From assembly GCA_041665245.1 (NCBI GenBank), contig JBAYJF010000001.1, positions 1-46,855 of the forward strand: a stretch of 46,855 nucleotides of DNA, given 5' to 3'. Origin of the DNA: Candidatus Margulisiibacteriota bacterium (GTDB lineage Bacteria; Margulisbacteria; WOR-1; O2-12-FULL-45-9; XYB2-FULL-48-7). The notes below the pieces were generated by a model. That model was not told the origin of the DNA, made no database searches, and saw nothing but the letters and a program-made list of their open reading frames with translations. The number at the start of each line of letters is the position of its first letter. The stretch's first letter is position 1. Shown one piece after another: positions 34,291 through 42,431 of the stretch. Made by a program: the position numbers and the translations under genes.

Positions 34291-35087
34291 TTCAACACAA
34301 ATATTATCACGTAATAATACATGAGCGGAGCCGTCAAAATAAACGAATCGATCCGATCAAGAATGCCGCCATGCCCAGGAATTAAATTTGAAGAATCCTT
34401 TGCCCCCGCATCCCTCTTTATCAAGGATTCGATCAGGTCAGAGATCTGGCCGAACACCCCGATCAAACAGCCTAAAACCAGCGCATGATAAATCTCAAGC
34501 TCGGCTGTACGGCTAAAAATTGCCGCCGCGATAAGACAAACAACAAAACCTGCGACCGCACCTTCCCACGTTTTCTTTGGAGAGATGGAAGGGAAAAATA
34601 GTGTTTTGCCAAAATATTTTCCGAATAAAAAAGCCACAATATCCATCGCCCAAACCGTAAATAGAAGAAAGAAAAGGTAGCCCCCATGCTCGGTTAAACT
34701 TCGAATAAAGATCAGGTAGCTGCAAAACCAACCGACATAAATGATCCCAAGAAGCGTTACCGCGATATCGACAATGGTATCTTTTTCTCTTTTAAGAAAA
34801 ATTCCTGCTATAAGAGCGCCTGTTGCCGCAAGTGTTAATATCGCGGAATGGGCCGGCTCCCAATCCCTTTTCAAAGCATAAGAAGCAAAAATAATTAGAA
34901 AAGCGGTAATAATATTCCCGACATAATAGGCAGGGAAAAGACCTTTCTTCATCATTAAATTATAAAACTCATTTACCGCAAAGAGCGCCAGGAATAAGAT
35001 CAGAAAAAGAAAGGGCATTCCGCCAAAATAGACGCATAAGAGGATGATCGGAACACCGACAAGCATCGAAAAGCCGCGTGCGAGCAT
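34287..35087 (-). CDS. cdsA: phosphatidate cytidylyltransferase
   Basis: This is a multi-pass membrane protein with the C-terminal CTP-transferase signature SLIKRDAGAKDSSNLIPGHGGILDRIDS. Confidence 0.88.
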   Translation of the reverse strand: MLARGFSMLVGVPIILLCVYFGGMPFLFLILFLALFAVNEFYNLMMKKGLFPAYYVGNIITAFLIIFASYALKRDWEPAHSAILTLAATGALIAGIFLKREKDTIVDIAVTLLGIIYVGWFCSYLIFIRSLTEHGGYLFFLLFTVWAMDIVAFLFGKYFGKTLFFPSISPKKTWEGAVAGFVVCLIAAAIFSRTAELEIYHALVLGCLIGVFGQISDLIESLIKRDAGAKDSSNLIPGHGGILDRIDSFILTAPLMYYYVIIFVLK

Positions 35088-35090
35088 AAT

Positions 35091-35792
35091 TTATCCTTTT
35101 ACTTTACCGAACCGCCGCTCCCTTTTTTGGTACGCTTCAACGGCTTCGATCAATTGCTTCTTCCTAAAATCCGGCCAAAGGGTCTGTGTAATATAAATTT
35201 CCGCATATGCGATCTGCCACAACAAAAAGTTCGAGACCCGCATCTCGTTAGCGGTCCTGATCAGCAGGTCTGGATCGGGCAAGTCTCTTGTATATAAATA
35301 TTTATTAACCGTTTCTTCATTAATTCGCTCATTCGGCAATTCGTCATTCGTCATTTCTTTGAACGCATCAACGATCTCGGCCCGTCCGCCATAATTAACC
35401 AAGACGCTTAAAGTAATTTTCTTGTTTTCTGCTGTCAGCTCCATTGCGGCATTCATTTTTTTACGCAGATCGGCCGGGAACTTATTTAAGCGGCCCAGGA
35501 ACTGCAGCTTAACGCCGCTTTTGTTTAATTCTTCCAGCTCGCGCTCGATCATCCGAGAAAAAAGGCCCATCAGAAAAGAGACCTCCCCTTTCGGCCTCGC
35601 CCAGTTCTCCGTGGAAAACGCATAAACAGTGAGGTATTTTACGCCCAATTCGGCACAAGTTTTGAGGACAACGCGAACAGATTCGGCGCCTTCTTTATGG
35701 CCGGCTATACGCGGAAGAAATCTTTTTTTTGCCCAACGGCCATTCCCATCCATTATTACTGCAATATGTTGAGGAATATTATTATTAATCAT
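35091..35792 (-). CDS. uppS: undecaprenyl pyrophosphate synthase
   Basis: The motifs HIAVIMDGNGRWA, YAFSTENW.RP, and RTANEMRVSNFLLWQ.AY.E are present. Confidence 0.9.
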   Translation of the reverse strand: MINNNIPQHIAVIMDGNGRWAKKRFLPRIAGHKEGAESVRVVLKTCAELGVKYLTVYAFSTENWARPKGEVSFLMGLFSRMIERELEELNKSGVKLQFLGRLNKFPADLRKKMNAAMELTAENKKITLSVLVNYGGRAEIVDAFKEMTNDELPNERINEETVNKYLYTRDLPDPDLLIRTANEMRVSNFLLWQIAYAEIYITQTLWPDFRKKQLIEAVEAYQKRERRFGKVKG

Positions 35793-35920
35793 TATATATA
35801 AATACTAAACTCTAAATTCTAAATACTAAACAATATAAAATTACCAAATCCTAAATATTTAGACTTTAGTATTTTGAATTTGTTTAGAATTTAGAGTTTC
35901 GGATTTAGAGTTTATCACAC
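35793..35920. repeat. 128-bp AT-rich composite inverted repeat filling the uppS-frr spacer
   Basis: The left arm AAACTCTAAATTCTAAA(TACT)AAACAA pairs with the right arm TTGTTTAGAATTTAGAGTTT. The central palindrome is CTAAATATTTAG. The element is built from CTAAA/TTTAG words. Confidence 0.7.
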
Positions 35921-36472
35921 CTAGACTTCCAGGATTTCTTTTTCTTTGGATAAAATGAGCTTGTCCGCATCAGCGCAGTATTTATCGGTTAATTCCTGCA
36001 TCTTCTTGTCTTTTGTTTTCTCTTCGTCTTCGGTGATCGTTTTTTCCTGTTTCTGTTTTTTCAGGAGGTCGATCGCCTCCCGCCTGGCATTGCGGATCGA
36101 AACTTTTGCGTCTTCTGCTTCTTTTTTTATCCCTTTTACAAGATCTTTGCGCCGCTCTTCCGATAATTCTGGAAGAAGAAGCCGGATCACGCCCCCTTCA
36201 TTTTTTGGGGTCATCCCCAGGTTAGACGCATTGATCGCTTTTTCTATGCTTTGGCTTGCGCTTTTGTCAAAAGGGGTGATCAGCAGCTGGCGAGCCTCCG
36301 GAGTAGAAACCTGCGCGATCTGCTTAAGGGGTACGGTCGATCCATAATATTCTACATGGACCTGATCAAGCAATGCGGGACTTGCCCTTCCGGTCCTGAC
36401 CGAGGCCAGGTGCTTACGCAAAGCATCGATTGCTTTTTGCATCTTTATCTCGGTATCTTTTATAACGTCCAT
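35921..36472 (-). CDS. frr: ribosome recycling factor
   Basis: The 183-aa ORF has typical RRF sequence (GRASPALLD.V.VEYYG...L.Q.A.......L.I.P.D). It sits in the conserved pyrH-frr-uppS-cdsA order. Confidence 0.9.
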   Translation of the reverse strand: MDVIKDTEIKMQKAIDALRKHLASVRTGRASPALLDQVHVEYYGSTVPLKQIAQVSTPEARQLLITPFDKSASQSIEKAINASNLGMTPKNEGGVIRLLLPELSEERRKDLVKGIKKEAEDAKVSIRNARREAIDLLKKQKQEKTITEDEEKTKDKKMQELTDKYCADADKLILSKEKEILEV

Positions 36473-36481
36473 GTTTTCCTC

Positions 36482-37204
36482 CTACTCTTCAACTTTTACC
36501 AGGGTCCCGACATCTTTGCCTTGGACCGCTTTTTTTACGTTGCCGCTTTTTGTCAGATCAAGGACAATGATCGGGATCTTATTTTCCATACATAAGGACG
36601 CGGCAGTCGTATCAAGGACCCGCAGTCTTTTTTGGATCATTTCCATATGGGTAATGACCTTAAATCTTTTCGCGTTCGGATTTTTTACCGGATCCGTATC
36701 ATATACTCCGTCAACTTTTGTCGCCTTGATGATCACATCGACATCCAGTTCGGCGGCCCGCAGGGCCGCGGTCGTATCGGTTGAAAAGTATGGGTTCCCT
36801 GTCCCTGCGGCAAGAATGATCACCCGCCCCTTTTCCATATGGCGAATTGCGCGTCTCCGGATAAAGGGCTCCGCGATCGCTTTCATTTCAATTGCAGTTT
36901 GTACTCTGGAAGGAACCCCGGCTTTTTCAAGGGCATCTTGCAGCGCCAAAGAGTTCATCACTGTTGCCAGCATTCCCATATAATCGGCGGTCGCTCGATC
37001 GATCCCGCTTATCGCGCCGGCAACTCCGCGGAAAATATTTCCACCCCCGACAACGATCGCAACATCCGCCCCAAGTTTTTTTACCGATTTAATTTCGCGG
37101 GCAACAACCCCAAGCACATTAAGGTCTATGCCGTATTTTTGCTGGCCGCCAAATACTTCACCCGACAATTTTAAGAGGATTCGTTTATATGTAGGCCTTC
37201 CCAT
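36482..37204 (-). CDS. pyrH: uridylate kinase
   Basis: The motifs [21 protein letters not shown] and [15 protein letters not shown] are present. Confidence 0.9.
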   Translation of the reverse strand: MGRPTYKRILLKLSGEVFGGQQKYGIDLNVLGVVAREIKSVKKLGADVAIVVGGGNIFRGVAGAISGIDRATADYMGMLATVMNSLALQDALEKAGVPSRVQTAIEMKAIAEPFIRRRAIRHMEKGRVIILAAGTGNPYFSTDTTAALRAAELDVDVIIKATKVDGVYDTDPVKNPNAKRFKVITHMEMIQKRLRVLDTTAASLCMENKIPIIVLDLTKSGNVKKAVQGKDVGTLVKVEE

Positions 37205-37212
37205 GTTGGATT

Positions 37213-37276
37213 AAATTATAACATATCTTTCGGGATTGGGGATTCGGGAATTTGGGATTCAATTATGTTATAATTT
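37213..37276. promoter_or_regulatory. symmetric divergent promoter module: a 12-bp perfect inverted repeat places a TGTTATAAT box in each direction, flanking a heptamer stutter
   Basis: The arms are AAATTATAACAT (37213-37224) and ATGTTATAATTT (37265-37276). On the minus strand TATAAT is 10 nt from the pyrH ATG (37204). On the plus strand TATAAT (37269-37274) is 9 nt from the ATG at 37284. CGGGATT-like units occupy 37231-37260. Confidence 0.55.
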
Positions 37277-37283
37277 CTCCACT

Positions 37284-38327
37284 ATGGCAATGTTATTCCC
37301 ATATCTTGAGTTGGCCGCTTCTTTATTTATCCTGCTCCTTGCCTTTGAGATAATGACCGTCCATTTTGACAATAAATTGGAAAAATTCTTTGCCTTTTAT
37401 GCTCTGGTAGCCTTCTTTGCTGCGATCCTTACCTACTCCTACCGGATCGCTTTTACACTTGAGATCGCCAGAGACATTAATCGAATTAGCGCCTGCCTGC
37501 TCGCTTTTACTTTTGCTCTTTTTTCCCAGTTCGCGGTCTATTTCACTAAAAACGAATCGCTCCTAAACAATCGGATAAAGCTGGCTCTTTTTTATCTCCC
37601 GCCCGCAATAATCTCCTGCTTATTTTTATTTACAGATTCCATGTACTTGCGCTATGAAATTCAAAACATCGGGATCGTCAGCACCCCTGCTCCCCTTTAT
37701 TTGTTGTTTGCGCTTGAAACCGCCTTTTATTGCGGTCTTGGGATCGTCTTGCTTCTTAAATATTCAAACGTAACAAAAAAGAATCTGGAACGGCAGCAGG
37801 CGCTGATCATTGCGATCGGCTCGCTAATTCCCCTTTCGATCGGGATCCTGCTCGATCAGTTGATCCCCGTATTTTTTGGGATCAGGCTTACGCCGCCCAC
37901 GGTAGTTTTTGATATCGCTTTCATGAATTTATTTATTTATCTGGCGATGCGCAACTACAGCCTGTTTTCCCTCTCTCCCGCAAAAGCCGCACAAACCATT
38001 ATCGAAACCATGCCCAATTCGCTTATCGTTACCGATCTTGACGGATGTATATTGTTTATTAACGACGAAGCAAGAAGTCTTTTTCATGACGCAAAACATG
38101 CGGTTGAATGCAAACCGATAAGCGCTTTATTTAAAGATAAAAAGAAATTTGATCAGCTCTATAAAGAAGTGGTCGAAAGAAAGGAAGTTGTAGAGCGCTT
38201 CGAAGCCGAGCTAATAGACCCTCTGGGAGAAAAGATCCCCGCCTTGATAAACGCCAAGATCGTCCGCCAAAAAAACTTCGGCGAGCTGATTGGGATCGTT
38301 TTTATTATTCGGGACGTTAGGGGATAA
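37284..38327 (+). CDS. membrane protein with a multi-pass N-terminal domain and a C-terminal PAS-like domain, with no output domain
   Basis: I place the start at MAMLFPYLELAAS. About 7 hydrophobic helices are followed by a PAS-like segment (IIETMPNSLIVTDLDGCILFINDEA...GIVFIIRDV). The ORF ends right after the PAS segment. Confidence 0.55.
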   Translation: MAMLFPYLELAASLFILLLAFEIMTVHFDNKLEKFFAFYALVAFFAAILTYSYRIAFTLEIARDINRISACLLAFTFALFSQFAVYFTKNESLLNNRIKLALFYLPPAIISCLFLFTDSMYLRYEIQNIGIVSTPAPLYLLFALETAFYCGLGIVLLLKYSNVTKKNLERQQALIIAIGSLIPLSIGILLDQLIPVFFGIRLTPPTVVFDIAFMNLFIYLAMRNYSLFSLSPAKAAQTIIETMPNSLIVTDLDGCILFINDEARSLFHDAKHAVECKPISALFKDKKKFDQLYKEVVERKEVVERFEAELIDPLGEKIPALINAKIVRQKNFGELIGIVFIIRDVRG

Positions 38328-38333
38328 GGCCCT

Positions 38334-39947
38334 TTACCCCATCAACTTTTCATAAATCTGCGCCATATACTGCTGGGCAACTCTTTGGGGAGTATATTCG
38401 TTTTGCGCCCGCTCCATTGCAGCCATTCTCATTCCCATAAAGAGCTGGGGTTCTGTCTTTAATTTTCTCGCCAATGCGACCAATCCATTCCAAAAGATAT
38501 TATTTTCTTCAATGGCTCTTGCAGGGTCGCCATTCAAAACGCTCCCAAATGCCATCCCATAATTATGGGCGGTTAGATTTCGGGTCCCCAAGACAGTCTC
38601 CCACTCTTTTTCTTGCGCTGCCCAATATTGAGCGCTGCCAAGAATATCCCGGAGGCCGCCAACTTCATTTGCCAGAAGCAGAGGCCCTTGCGCCTGCAGC
38701 GTCATAGCAAATAGCCCGCAAGGTTCAAACATTGACGGCATTAGCCCGATCTGGGCCCACTTTAAGCCGTCTTCAAACCTTTCTTGAGAAAACGGATAAT
38801 ATGATAAGGGCATTTTTCTATCCTTGCCAAGCGCCTCAAGCCGTTCTTGCGTTTTTTTGTCACCATCTGCAATGACCCGTATATCAAGCAACTGTTGCTC
38901 GCCTAAGGCGGACAAGACCCCCTGAATCGCTGGAAGCCCGTTCAATAAGTAATCGTATCCCTTTTGGGGATCAAGCCGGTTCGCCATTAAAACCCTGACC
39001 GGGCCAGACGGGCCTTCAATTGATTTTGCTACCTTGGAAGGAAGCAAGCCGTTTAATATCCCGATCACATCTCTGCGGCCTAAAATATCTCCATAACTTC
39101 GGACCGGGCCGTACGAAAAGCCGGTGCTCCCTATCTCTCTCGCATAAGTGGGCGAAACAGTAGTTAGTTTTTTGGACGCGATCATTGCCAGCGCTAACAG
39201 GTCGGCCGTTCCTCCCCGTGTCGCCCTATCAGGCAAGCTCAACTGGAGCGAAGCTAATACGCTCGCGTCGGCGATCGTAGTATAGGCAGGGTTGTGGATC
39301 GTAAAGGCCGTTGGGATCCCGGCACCATTCACCAAAAATGTCGCTAAACCGGTCAAATGATCATTCCCATGGAAAATGATCCTCTCTCCGGCATTTGCGG
39401 CGGCATTTAATTTTTGTGCAATTTGTGCCAAAGCCAGATTAAAAACCAGCATTGCTTCGGTCATCTTCCCGCCCTTGTATATCCCTCCCTCGCATTCCCC
39501 CTCCGGCGCAGTTAATTTAGTACTTATTTCGGAGGTTCTATTGCCGTAAACATCAAAGGCAAAATAATGGGGTTCAGACACTTTTCTTATGCTTATCGTT
39601 GGGAGGCCTAATTCATCTCTTGCCGCTATGGCAACCAACTTTACCTCCACATCTTTTCCCGGCACTTTTATGCTAAGCTCCATATCGCCGGCATCGCTCC
39701 TGGAATTGTCGTATTCATAACTGGCTCCGGAATATGGATTGACACTTACCGCACTGACCCCTTCTTTCGTTAAGCCAAGGTGAAGAGCCCCGATAGCTTG
39801 CCCAAATCCCCACCGATGCGGCGGAATATCATTTCTATATCTTCTTCCTTCCGTCGGTGTAGGCTCGTGCCCCGCCAATAAAACGACCGGCCTTCTTACA
39901 TTCCCTTTTCTGTGCGCAAAAACCGCGTCTACTACTCGATTTACCAT
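38334..39947 (-). CDS. divergent glycogen/starch-synthase-like glycosyltransferase (GT5-like, GT-B fold)
   Basis: GlgA-like collinear motifs are present: HGNDHLTGL (compare H.HDW..G), FTIHNPAY, TVSPTYAREI and EPCGLFAMTLQAQGP....EVGGLRD. The canonical N-terminal KTGGL loop is replaced and interrupted (HEPTPTEGRRYRNDIPPHRWGFGQAIGAL). A strong SD (TAGGAGGA) is present. Confidence 0.7.
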   Translation of the reverse strand: MVNRVVDAVFAHRKGNVRRPVVLLAGHEPTPTEGRRYRNDIPPHRWGFGQAIGALHLGLTKEGVSAVSVNPYSGASYEYDNSRSDAGDMELSIKVPGKDVEVKLVAIAARDELGLPTISIRKVSEPHYFAFDVYGNRTSEISTKLTAPEGECEGGIYKGGKMTEAMLVFNLALAQIAQKLNAAANAGERIIFHGNDHLTGLATFLVNGAGIPTAFTIHNPAYTTIADASVLASLQLSLPDRATRGGTADLLALAMIASKKLTTVSPTYAREIGSTGFSYGPVRSYGDILGRRDVIGILNGLLPSKVAKSIEGPSGPVRVLMANRLDPQKGYDYLLNGLPAIQGVLSALGEQQLLDIRVIADGDKKTQERLEALGKDRKMPLSYYPFSQERFEDGLKWAQIGLMPSMFEPCGLFAMTLQAQGPLLLANEVGGLRDILGSAQYWAAQEKEWETVLGTRNLTAHNYGMAFGSVLNGDPARAIEENNIFWNGLVALARKLKTEPQLFMGMRMAAMERAQNEYTPQRVAQQYMAQIYEKLMG

Positions 39948-39967
39948 TAAATTATCCTCCTAAAATA

Positions 39968-39991
39968 AAAACCCGAAATTCTCCGGGTTTT
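39968..39991 (-). other. terminator-like leader hairpin upstream of the GT5-like ORF
   Basis: The minus strand reads AAAACCCG-gagaattt-CGGGTTTT followed by T. It lies between the promoter-like motif and the SD. No minus-strand gene lies upstream for it to terminate. Confidence 0.55.
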
Positions 39992-40015
39992 AAAAACCTC
40001 ATTAACTTACACTTT

Positions 40016-40045
40016 CTTATCGGGCCGGCTTTTTCATAATTTCAC
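40016..40045 (-). promoter_or_regulatory. GTGAAATT-N16-(CCC)GATAAG promoter-like motif upstream of the GT5-like ORF
   Basis: On the minus strand, GTGAAATT occupies 40045-40038 and CCGATAAG occupies 40023-40016. Confidence 0.6.
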
Positions 40046-40129
40046 CCAATTTTATTTATTGGGCTGAAACGTTGTTTTTCCTCTCTAAATGCGATAAAAT
40101 TAAGGAGGAGAAAAGGCTTTCTTCTATTT

Positions 40130-41950
40130 ATGCACCCAACAACTTATTCCAAACAATATGATGTAATTGTTATCGGCGCCGGCCATGCCGGGATCGAAGC
40201 GGCGCTGGCGGCCGCACGGCTTGGTTGCCAGACATTAATACTAACCATGAATGTTGACACCGTCGCCCTCATGGCATGCAATCCTGCCATCGGCGGACCG
40301 GCTAAAAGTCAATTAGTTAGCGAAATTGACGCGCTCGGCGGACAAATGGGGGTTACGACCGATCTCACCTATCTTCAAATGAAAGTTTTGAATACAAATA
40401 AGGGCCCGGCCGTTCAGTCCCTCCGCGCACAGTCGGACCGTAATCAGTATCATGTGACGATGAAAAAAGTCCTTGAGGAACAGGAAAATCTCGACATTAA
40501 ACAAGGCGAGGTAGTGGAACTCCTTATAGAGGGAATAGAAGGGAATAGAAAGGAAGAGAAAGGATTAGAAAGGATTAGGGGAATAAAAACAAGATTAAAT
40601 ACACTCTATCTAGGAAAAGCTGTTGTTGTAACTGCAGGAACCTTCATGAACGGCATTATTCACATTGGAATGGAACATCAGGAAGCTGGAAGAATGGGAG
40701 AATTTCCATCGAAAAGTTTATCTGAGTCGCTTAGCACCCTGGGGTTACAGCTAGGCCGACTTAAAACCGGGACACCAGCAAGATTAAACAAAAAATCGAT
40801 CGATTTCTCTAAAATGTCTCCTCAGCCCGGAGATATTCCACCTAAGATGTTTTCTTTCACGTGGGAGTATAACCAATACGCCGATTCTTCCTCATCCCTC
40901 CCAATCCTTACTAACCCTTCCTTATCCCTACCCCAAATCCCTTGTCATCTGACTTGGACCAACGAGAGGGCACATGCGATCATTCGTGCAAATCTCGATC
41001 GTTCACCCCTCTTCCAGGGGAAAATAAAAGGGGTCGGCCCTCGCTATTGCCCTTCCATTGAGGATAAGGTTGTCCGTTTTCCGGAAAAAATTTCTCACCA
41101 ATGTTTTATCGAGCCAACTGGACGAGAAACGAACGAGATGTATGCACAAGGGATGTCGACCTCACTTCCGGAAGATGTGCAAATAGCATTTTTAAGGACC
41201 ATGCCTGGGCTCGAAAACGTGGACGTTATCCGCCCTGGCTATGCGGTTGAATATGACTATGTCCTCCCTTCTCAGCTAAATTATTCGCTTGAAACAAAAT
41301 TGGTCGCAGGCCTCTACTGCGCCGGCCAGATCAATGGGACCTCTGGCTATGAAGAGGCCGGGGCTCAAGGCCTTGTCGCAGGAATGAATGCCGCCCTTAA
41401 AATAAAAGACAAAGAACCCTTGATCTTGAGGCGCGATGACAGCTATATCGGAACGCTCATCGACGACCTGATCACCAAAGAGATCCTGGAACCGTATCGG
41501 ATGCTGACCTCAAGGTCAGAATACAGATTGCTGCTCCGCCAGGACAATGCCGACTTGAGGTTGACGGAAAAAGGATATCGCTGCGGGCTTATTTCCGAAA
41601 AAAGATACCAAGCTTTCCTGAAAAAAAGAGAGGCCGTCAAGAACGGGGAAAACATATCGGCAGAAGTCACCCGGCAAATAGAAATCACTCAAAAATATGC
41701 CGGCTACATCAAAAGACAGCTTGAACAGATCGAGCGTTTTAAGAAGCTGGAAAACAAACTTATTCCCGGAAGCCTTGATTTTGCTTCCCTACATGGGTTA
41801 TCCAGCGAGGCGCGATTAAAATTAAACAAACTTATGCCCAGTTCGATCGGACAGGCCGGAAGGATCGCCGGGGTATCTCCCGCCGACATAACCGTCCTCC
41901 TGATCCATCTTGAATCCCATAGACGAAAAAATAGCCCTATGCTAGAATAA
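40130..41950 (+). CDS. mnmG: tRNA uridine 5-carboxymethylaminomethyl modification enzyme MnmG (GidA)
   Basis: The motifs [54 protein letters not shown] and EPYRM.TSR.EYRL are present. Two low-complexity insertions are seen relative to E. coli MnmG as I recall it. Confidence 0.9.
   Translation: MHPTTYSKQYDVIVIGAGHAGIEAALAAARLGCQTLILTMNVDTVALMACNPAIGGPAKSQLVSEIDALGGQMGVTTDLTYLQMKVLNTNKGPAVQSLRAQSDRNQYHVTMKKVLEEQENLDIKQGEVVELLIEGIEGNRKEEKGLERIRGIKTRLNTLYLGKAVVVTAGTFMNGIIHIGMEHQEAGRMGEFPSKSLSESLSTLGLQLGRLKTGTPARLNKKSIDFSKMSPQPGDIPPKMFSFTWEYNQYADSSSSLPILTNPSLSLPQIPCHLTWTNERAHAIIRANLDRSPLFQGKIKGVGPRYCPSIEDKVVRFPEKISHQCFIEPTGRETNEMYAQGMSTSLPEDVQIAFLRTMPGLENVDVIRPGYAVEYDYVLPSQLNYSLETKLVAGLYCAGQINGTSGYEEAGAQGLVAGMNAALKIKDKEPLILRRDDSYIGTLIDDLITKEILEPYRMLTSRSEYRLLLRQDNADLRLTEKGYRCGLISEKRYQAFLKKREAVKNGENISAEVTRQIEITQKYAGYIKRQLEQIERFKKLENKLIPGSLDFASLHGLSSEARLKLNKLMPSSIGQAGRIAGVSPADITVLLIHLESHRRKNSPMLE
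40531..40580. repeat. purine-rich decamer stutter (5 x 10 nt) inserted in frame in mnmG
   Basis: The five units are GGGAATAGAA GGGAATAGAA AGGAAGAGAA AGGATTAGAA AGGATTAGGG. The block encodes [17 protein letters not shown]. Confidence 0.8.
40884..40943. repeat. pyrimidine-rich low-complexity block inserted in frame in mnmG, complementary in composition to 40531-40580
   Basis: The sequence is ATTCTTCCTCATCCCTCCCAATCCTTACTAACCCTTCCTTATCCCTACCCCAAATCCC. It encodes [19 protein letters not shown], about 16 aa more than the E. coli protein has at this position. Confidence 0.7.
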
Positions 41951-41973
41951 ATGCGAAAAGGGGGGTGAAATAA

Positions 41974-42429
41974 ATGAAAAAGGTATTATTATTGTTGTTA
42001 GCGCTTGTCTTCGCGGCAGGAATTTCCCACGCAGCCAATCTTTCCGGCATCGGCTACATTGAAGTCCAAAAAGTTTTCAAGGAATTTAAAGAGACCGCCA
42101 AAGCCCAAAGCGACCTCGCAAAGCAGGAAGAAAGCTTTAAAAAAGAATTCGAAGAGAGCCAGAAAAAGCTGGAAACAGCCGAAAAGGAAGGAAAGAAAAA
42201 AGAAGAGCTGGAAAAAATGCGCAAAGAGCTTGAAACAAAGCTTTCTCCAAAAAGAGACGAGCTTTTAAAAATGAATGAACAGCTCACCGGAAAGATCCAG
42301 ACCAAGATCCTTGCAGCTGTTAAGACCGTCTCCAAAAAAGTCGGGATCGATATTGTTCTCGATAAACAGGTTTTAATCGTCGGGGGAATGGACTTGACCG
42401 ATATGGTTATCTCCGAATTAAATAAGTAG
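41974..42429 (+). CDS. skp: periplasmic chaperone Skp (OmpH family)
   Basis: The ORF has a signal peptide (MKKVLLLLLALVFAAGISHA), a coiled-coil Lys/Glu-rich core and a GGGGGTG SD. Its position directly before lpxD is conserved. Confidence 0.75.
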   Translation: MKKVLLLLLALVFAAGISHAANLSGIGYIEVQKVFKEFKETAKAQSDLAKQEESFKKEFEESQKKLETAEKEGKKKEELEKMRKELETKLSPKRDELLKMNEQLTGKIQTKILAAVKTVSKKVGIDIVLDKQVLIVGGMDLTDMVISELNK

Positions 42430-42431
42430 GC

